Source: Sedimentisphaerales bacterium
GTDB taxonomy: Bacteria; Planctomycetota; Phycisphaerae; Sedimentisphaerales; SM23-30
DNA length: 64,000 nucleotides
Strand: one strand, 5' to 3'
NCBI GenBank assembly: GCA_963666285.1
Contig: OY762711.1
The notes under the pieces were generated by a model. That model was given only the letters and a program-made list of their open reading frames with translations. It was not told the origin of the DNA and searched no databases. Shown one piece after another: positions 60,894-64,000 of the stretch. The first letter of the stretch is position 1; each line of letters opens with the position of its first letter. A program made the position numbers and the translations under genes.

Positions 60894-61087
60894 ATCATCA
60901 CACTCCAATCTTGTGCACTCGCTTCAAATCACCGCCAAAAACTCTAACAGTTTTGCCTAACACACTTAAAAACCGTCTTCACGCTCAAAACTCACTCTTA
61001 CATTAAATTATCATCCTGTAATCCTGTCATCCTTCCTAACTCTTGGTTTTTCTAACTTACATCTTTTGTTAATTATCTATATAACAT

Positions 61088-61186
61088 ATTCTACGCCCCA
61101 TAACACGGTTCGTCAAATAAAAATCATATTTTTTTTCAAACATAATCTATAAGTTTGTTGACTATCAAACATTTACGTGCTATATT
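61088..61186. promoter_or_regulatory. Back-to-back divergent sigma70 promoters
   Basis: Minus strand TTGACG(61116)-N17-TAGAAT(61093); plus strand TTGACT(61158)-N17-TATATT(61181) with extended TG. Confidence 0.6.
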
Positions 61187-61328
61187 TTTTATAATGATAC
61201 ATGGAAATAATATTTTTAACCCGTACAAACCAACTTGTGCGACAGCTTTAAAATATCTTCCCGATGAACATCGGGAAACCTCCTTTACACTTTTTATTTT
61301 ACTCTTTACATTTTAAAGGAACAAGACT

Positions 61329-62102
61329 ATGTCCCTAGGCAAAGTACTTAGACAGCAGCGCGAAAAACTTGGCATTACCCTCGACGAACTCGCCAGGCTT
61401 ACCGACTTCAGTAAACCATATCTGTCAACCGTAGAAACCGGCAAGGTCAAAAACCCGCCCAGCGACGATCTGCTCGTCAGGCTCGAACAGCATCTAAAAT
61501 TCGAAAAAGGGTACCTGCTCCACATGGCACATATGGAACGCGTTCCGGCAGATATCAAACACACTATCGAACACAACGAAGCTGAAAACAACCGCCTTAA
61601 GAGCATCATCAAGGACCTCATAAAGTCAGACTCCGCCAAACCAAGCTCAAAAAATAAAAAGATTCTTGCCAATATTACTTCAAAAGGTACCGAGCTCAAA
61701 CAGCCGCGAAACCTGATACCTATCATCAATAAAGTTTCCGCAGGCTACCCAGCTGACTATTCCGATCTCGACTACCCGCCAGGCGGCGCCGACGATTACG
61801 TACGATGCCCGGACCTCAACGACCCAAACGCATTCGCCGTCCGAGTCATCGGCGACTCCATGGAACCTAAATTCCACGAAGGTGATATCATTGTCTTCTC
61901 GCCCGCACGCAAAGTCGAATCAGGCGACGACTGCTTCGTACGTATCAATGATCCTTACGAGGCTACCTTCAAACGAGTTTACTTCGAAGACAACGAAACT
62001 CTGCGACTCCAGCCGAGAAACCAGAAATATTCACCAATCTTCATGCCCGTCACCAAGATCAGCGGACTGTGGAAAGCCGTCATGCGCTACGAACAATTGT
62101 AA
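61329..62102 (+). CDS. XRE-HTH plus peptidase S24 repressor (LexA/CI-like)
   Basis: LRQQREKLGITLDELA..YLSTVETG; VSAG cleavage site; RVIGDSMEP; ATFKR. Confidence 0.92.
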   Translation: MSLGKVLRQQREKLGITLDELARLTDFSKPYLSTVETGKVKNPPSDDLLVRLEQHLKFEKGYLLHMAHMERVPADIKHTIEHNEAENNRLKSIIKDLIKSDSAKPSSKNKKILANITSKGTELKQPRNLIPIINKVSAGYPADYSDLDYPPGGADDYVRCPDLNDPNAFAVRVIGDSMEPKFHEGDIIVFSPARKVESGDDCFVRINDPYEATFKRVYFEDNETLRLQPRNQKYSPIFMPVTKISGLWKAVMRYEQL

Positions 62103-62258
62103 GTAACACATGCACCTCCGCTTGTGAATAAATTAAGCTCGCTGGTACTCTCGTGGAAACACCCCCTGATCAGCTTCGAAAACTAACCAGTTACAAGGTA
62201 GTAAGTTTAAAAATAACCTCTAATAACATAAATATTACACAAGATTGAGAAAACCAAT

Positions 62259-62711
62259 ATGAAAAAGTTCCCACTCGGCTGCTTCTTTACATTTATAATT
62301 GTCGCATTATTATTCTCTATCCTGTTCCCTGCATTACAGAAAGCGAGTGAAGGTGGTCTCGGACCAATGTATCGCTACATCTATACAGAAGATCTTCAAA
62401 AGGAATTCGATAAAAATGGAAAACTTCCAGATGTTATTAAGTTCGATGATAACGAAATATTGAACTATTACCCTGAAAACTGGGACAAAGCTGATAAGAT
62501 ACTCGTATTCTATAAGGTATATCTAAATTTTGGACACGTGAAATATGTTATCGGCATGGGCAACGGCGACTACATTGTAACAGATGAAGATATCGCTATT
62601 AAAAAAATATTAGACAACTTCGACCTGACATACAAAAACACTGAAGAAGATGAAAATACCTCTGACACCAAAAATGAAAAACAACACGGCGGACCAATAC
62701 GATTAAAATAA
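62259..62711 (+). CDS. Hypothetical membrane-anchored protein (pilin-like N-terminal helix)
   Basis: IIVALLFSILFPALQKA hydrophobic segment. Confidence 0.55.
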   Translation: MKKFPLGCFFTFIIVALLFSILFPALQKASEGGLGPMYRYIYTEDLQKEFDKNGKLPDVIKFDDNEILNYYPENWDKADKILVFYKVYLNFGHVKYVIGMGNGDYIVTDEDIAIKKILDNFDLTYKNTEEDENTSDTKNEKQHGGPIRLK

Positions 62712-62882
62712 TATTTCCGTGTCAGTCCATTATATTTTGGTAGCCCACGGTTTCAACCTATGCCCAGCAGAACCTGTGGCTTCAAAAAATCGAAGCTTTA
62801 TGCATAAACAAAATGAACGAAACAGAACTATTCATATCCATAGCTGATACAAAATCAATATGGAAACTGCAAACCAAATATG

Positions 62883-62935
62883 GTTGAAATTTTTCCAACT
62901 TTTTAGTTGAAATTTTTCCAACCGTGTGTTATATT
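62883..62935 (+). promoter_or_regulatory. Promoter overlapped by two identical 17-bp operator-like boxes
   Basis: GTTGAAATTTTTCCAAC at 62883 and 62906; TTGAAA(62907)-N17-TATATT(62930) with extended TG. Confidence 0.65.
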
Positions 62936-62971
62936 TTAATAGTAATAATACTATTACAGGAGTGTCTGGTA

Positions 62972-63283
62972 ATGGATTGCGAAAAGGTAAGAAATATTAT
63001 AAATACTGCCATATTGGACAGTTCCAGGGCATTAAGTGTGTTTAATAGCAAATTTTGCGACAATCCTAAAAAATACGAACATGAAGACGCAACCCTCGCA
63101 TCAGGCATGTGGACTCTGATCAGTCGCCTAATGGAATACAGAAAGCTGTGTTATAAGCAGGAAGTTTTCTCTTTGTGCGCTAATAACTGTGTTATCGAAG
63201 ATAACCTCGAAGCGATCGAGAAAGATTTAACCAAACTGATAAACTTACACAAAAGACTGTCTTATTGCATCCTGTTGAGATAA
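62972..63283 (+). CDS. Hypothetical protein
   Basis: ATG at 62972 after CAGGAG; 103 aa; downstream of the promoter. Confidence 0.55.
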   Translation: MDCEKVRNIINTAILDSSRALSVFNSKFCDNPKKYEHEDATLASGMWTLISRLMEYRKLCYKQEVFSLCANNCVIEDNLEAIEKDLTKLINLHKRLSYCILLR

Positions 63284-63297
63284 AGGAAATTGTAATT

Positions 63298-63639
63298 ATG
63301 ATAACCCGTCAGCAAGCTAACTTGATGAAAGAAATTTCAAATGCTGTTGTTAATCTTATAACTAATAACGATATTCGACAGAAAACTATTTCTGAAATAA
63401 TCGGCAAAGACAAAGGCACCGTCTCTAAAATTTTCAAAGGCGAGTTCAACTTCTCGCTCGAAGACCTGCAGGAAATATCACTCCGCACCGAACTGCCGGT
63501 CCTGCCCATTGTGCTTTCATACTTCTGCGAAAAGGGCGACCTTATATCCAAAGACCAGAAAAATATTGAAGTCCTGAAAAACGTCGAACAATCTTTGACC
63601 TCGTCCCTGGAACAACTAAAAAAATTAAAGAAAAAATAA
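63298..63639 (+). CDS. XRE-family HTH regulator
   Basis: IRQKTISEIIGKDKGTVSKIFKGEFNFSLEDL..I; ATG at 63298 after AAGGA. Confidence 0.75.
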   Translation: MITRQQANLMKEISNAVVNLITNNDIRQKTISEIIGKDKGTVSKIFKGEFNFSLEDLQEISLRTELPVLPIVLSYFCEKGDLISKDQKNIEVLKNVEQSLTSSLEQLKKLKKK

Positions 63640-63661
63640 TTATCTTCATGGTAACATATTC

Positions 63662-63696
63662 AAAAAAAAGCACCAGCCATCACAGCCAGTGCTTTT
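63662..63696 (-). terminator. Terminator after the GH2 gene
   Basis: Minus strand AAAAGCACUGGCUG-UGA-UGGCUGGUGC-U-tract. Confidence 0.65.
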
Positions 63697-63809
63697 GTAT
63701 TCAGTAATTGATCAAGCCGTCACGCCAGCGAATTATTCCTGATGTCAACGTACATCAGGACACCTCAAACTCTTCACCCGCTTGCGACATGCGAAGCATA
63801 CTTAGTTCT

Positions 63810-64000
63810 TCACTCTTCACTCTTTTCTTTATACCATTCCTGCAATGTATAAAACGCCTGCTTCTTTATCCCGCGTTCGCTTATCAAACCTTTTCGGTTA
63901 TAATAATCCTGGATATACGGCAGCGGCCTACGCGGCGACATAAAATCCCGCAGGATCCACGGCGACACTCCTCGCAAAAACGATATATTCTTCAGCATCG
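63810..64000 (-). CDS. Glycoside hydrolase family 2 (beta-glucuronidase-like), C-terminal part
   Basis: GVSPWILRDFMSPRR..NRKGLISERG.KKQAF motif. Confidence 0.85.
   Translation of the reverse strand, partial: MLKNISFLRGVSPWILRDFMSPRRPLPYIQDYYNRKGLISERGIKKQAFYTLQEWYKEKSEE

Noticed and set aside
53720..60947. Many Pro/His/Thr-rich plus-strand ORFs
   Set aside because: Shadow frames of clear minus-strand genes, produced by the strand skew.
56979..63639. Complete prophage
   Set aside because: No integrase, att repeats, replication, portal, capsid, tail or lysis genes in the window.

Overview
Bacterial chromosomal window. The gene repertoire (H-X9-DG/pilin-like proteins, dockerin-tailed secreted proteins, giant anti-sigma and BlaR1-type sensors) suggests Planctomycetota, probably Phycisphaerae/Sedimentisphaerales; this is inference. 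Housekeeping and metabolic genes include glmS, purM, comEC, tgt, RNase E/G, a regulatory PTS (ptsI/ptsH/IIA) with hpf, hemL, nrfHA, TatD, an SSS symporter, a heparinase II/III-like lyase and a GH2 C-terminus. Signalling loci include two ECF sigmas, a CxxCH sensor kinase, a hybrid kinase, a PilZ protein and BlaI/BlaR1. Two highlights. (1) Two ORFs at 10753-12078 form one reading frame broken by an in-frame TGA in a G-U-C context and followed by a SECIS-like hairpin, i.e. a candidate secreted FG-GAP selenoprotein. (2) A phage-type packaging module at 56979-62102 (large terminase, small HTH, ABC-ATPase plus GNAT, double-HTH, divergent CI/LexA-like repressor) has no portal, capsid or integrase in the window. 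It sits in a zone of extreme, orientation-independent C>G strand skew and contains an unannotated antisense membrane peptide. A nested dispersed repeat family is also present. I found no rRNA, tRNA, CRISPR array or transposase.
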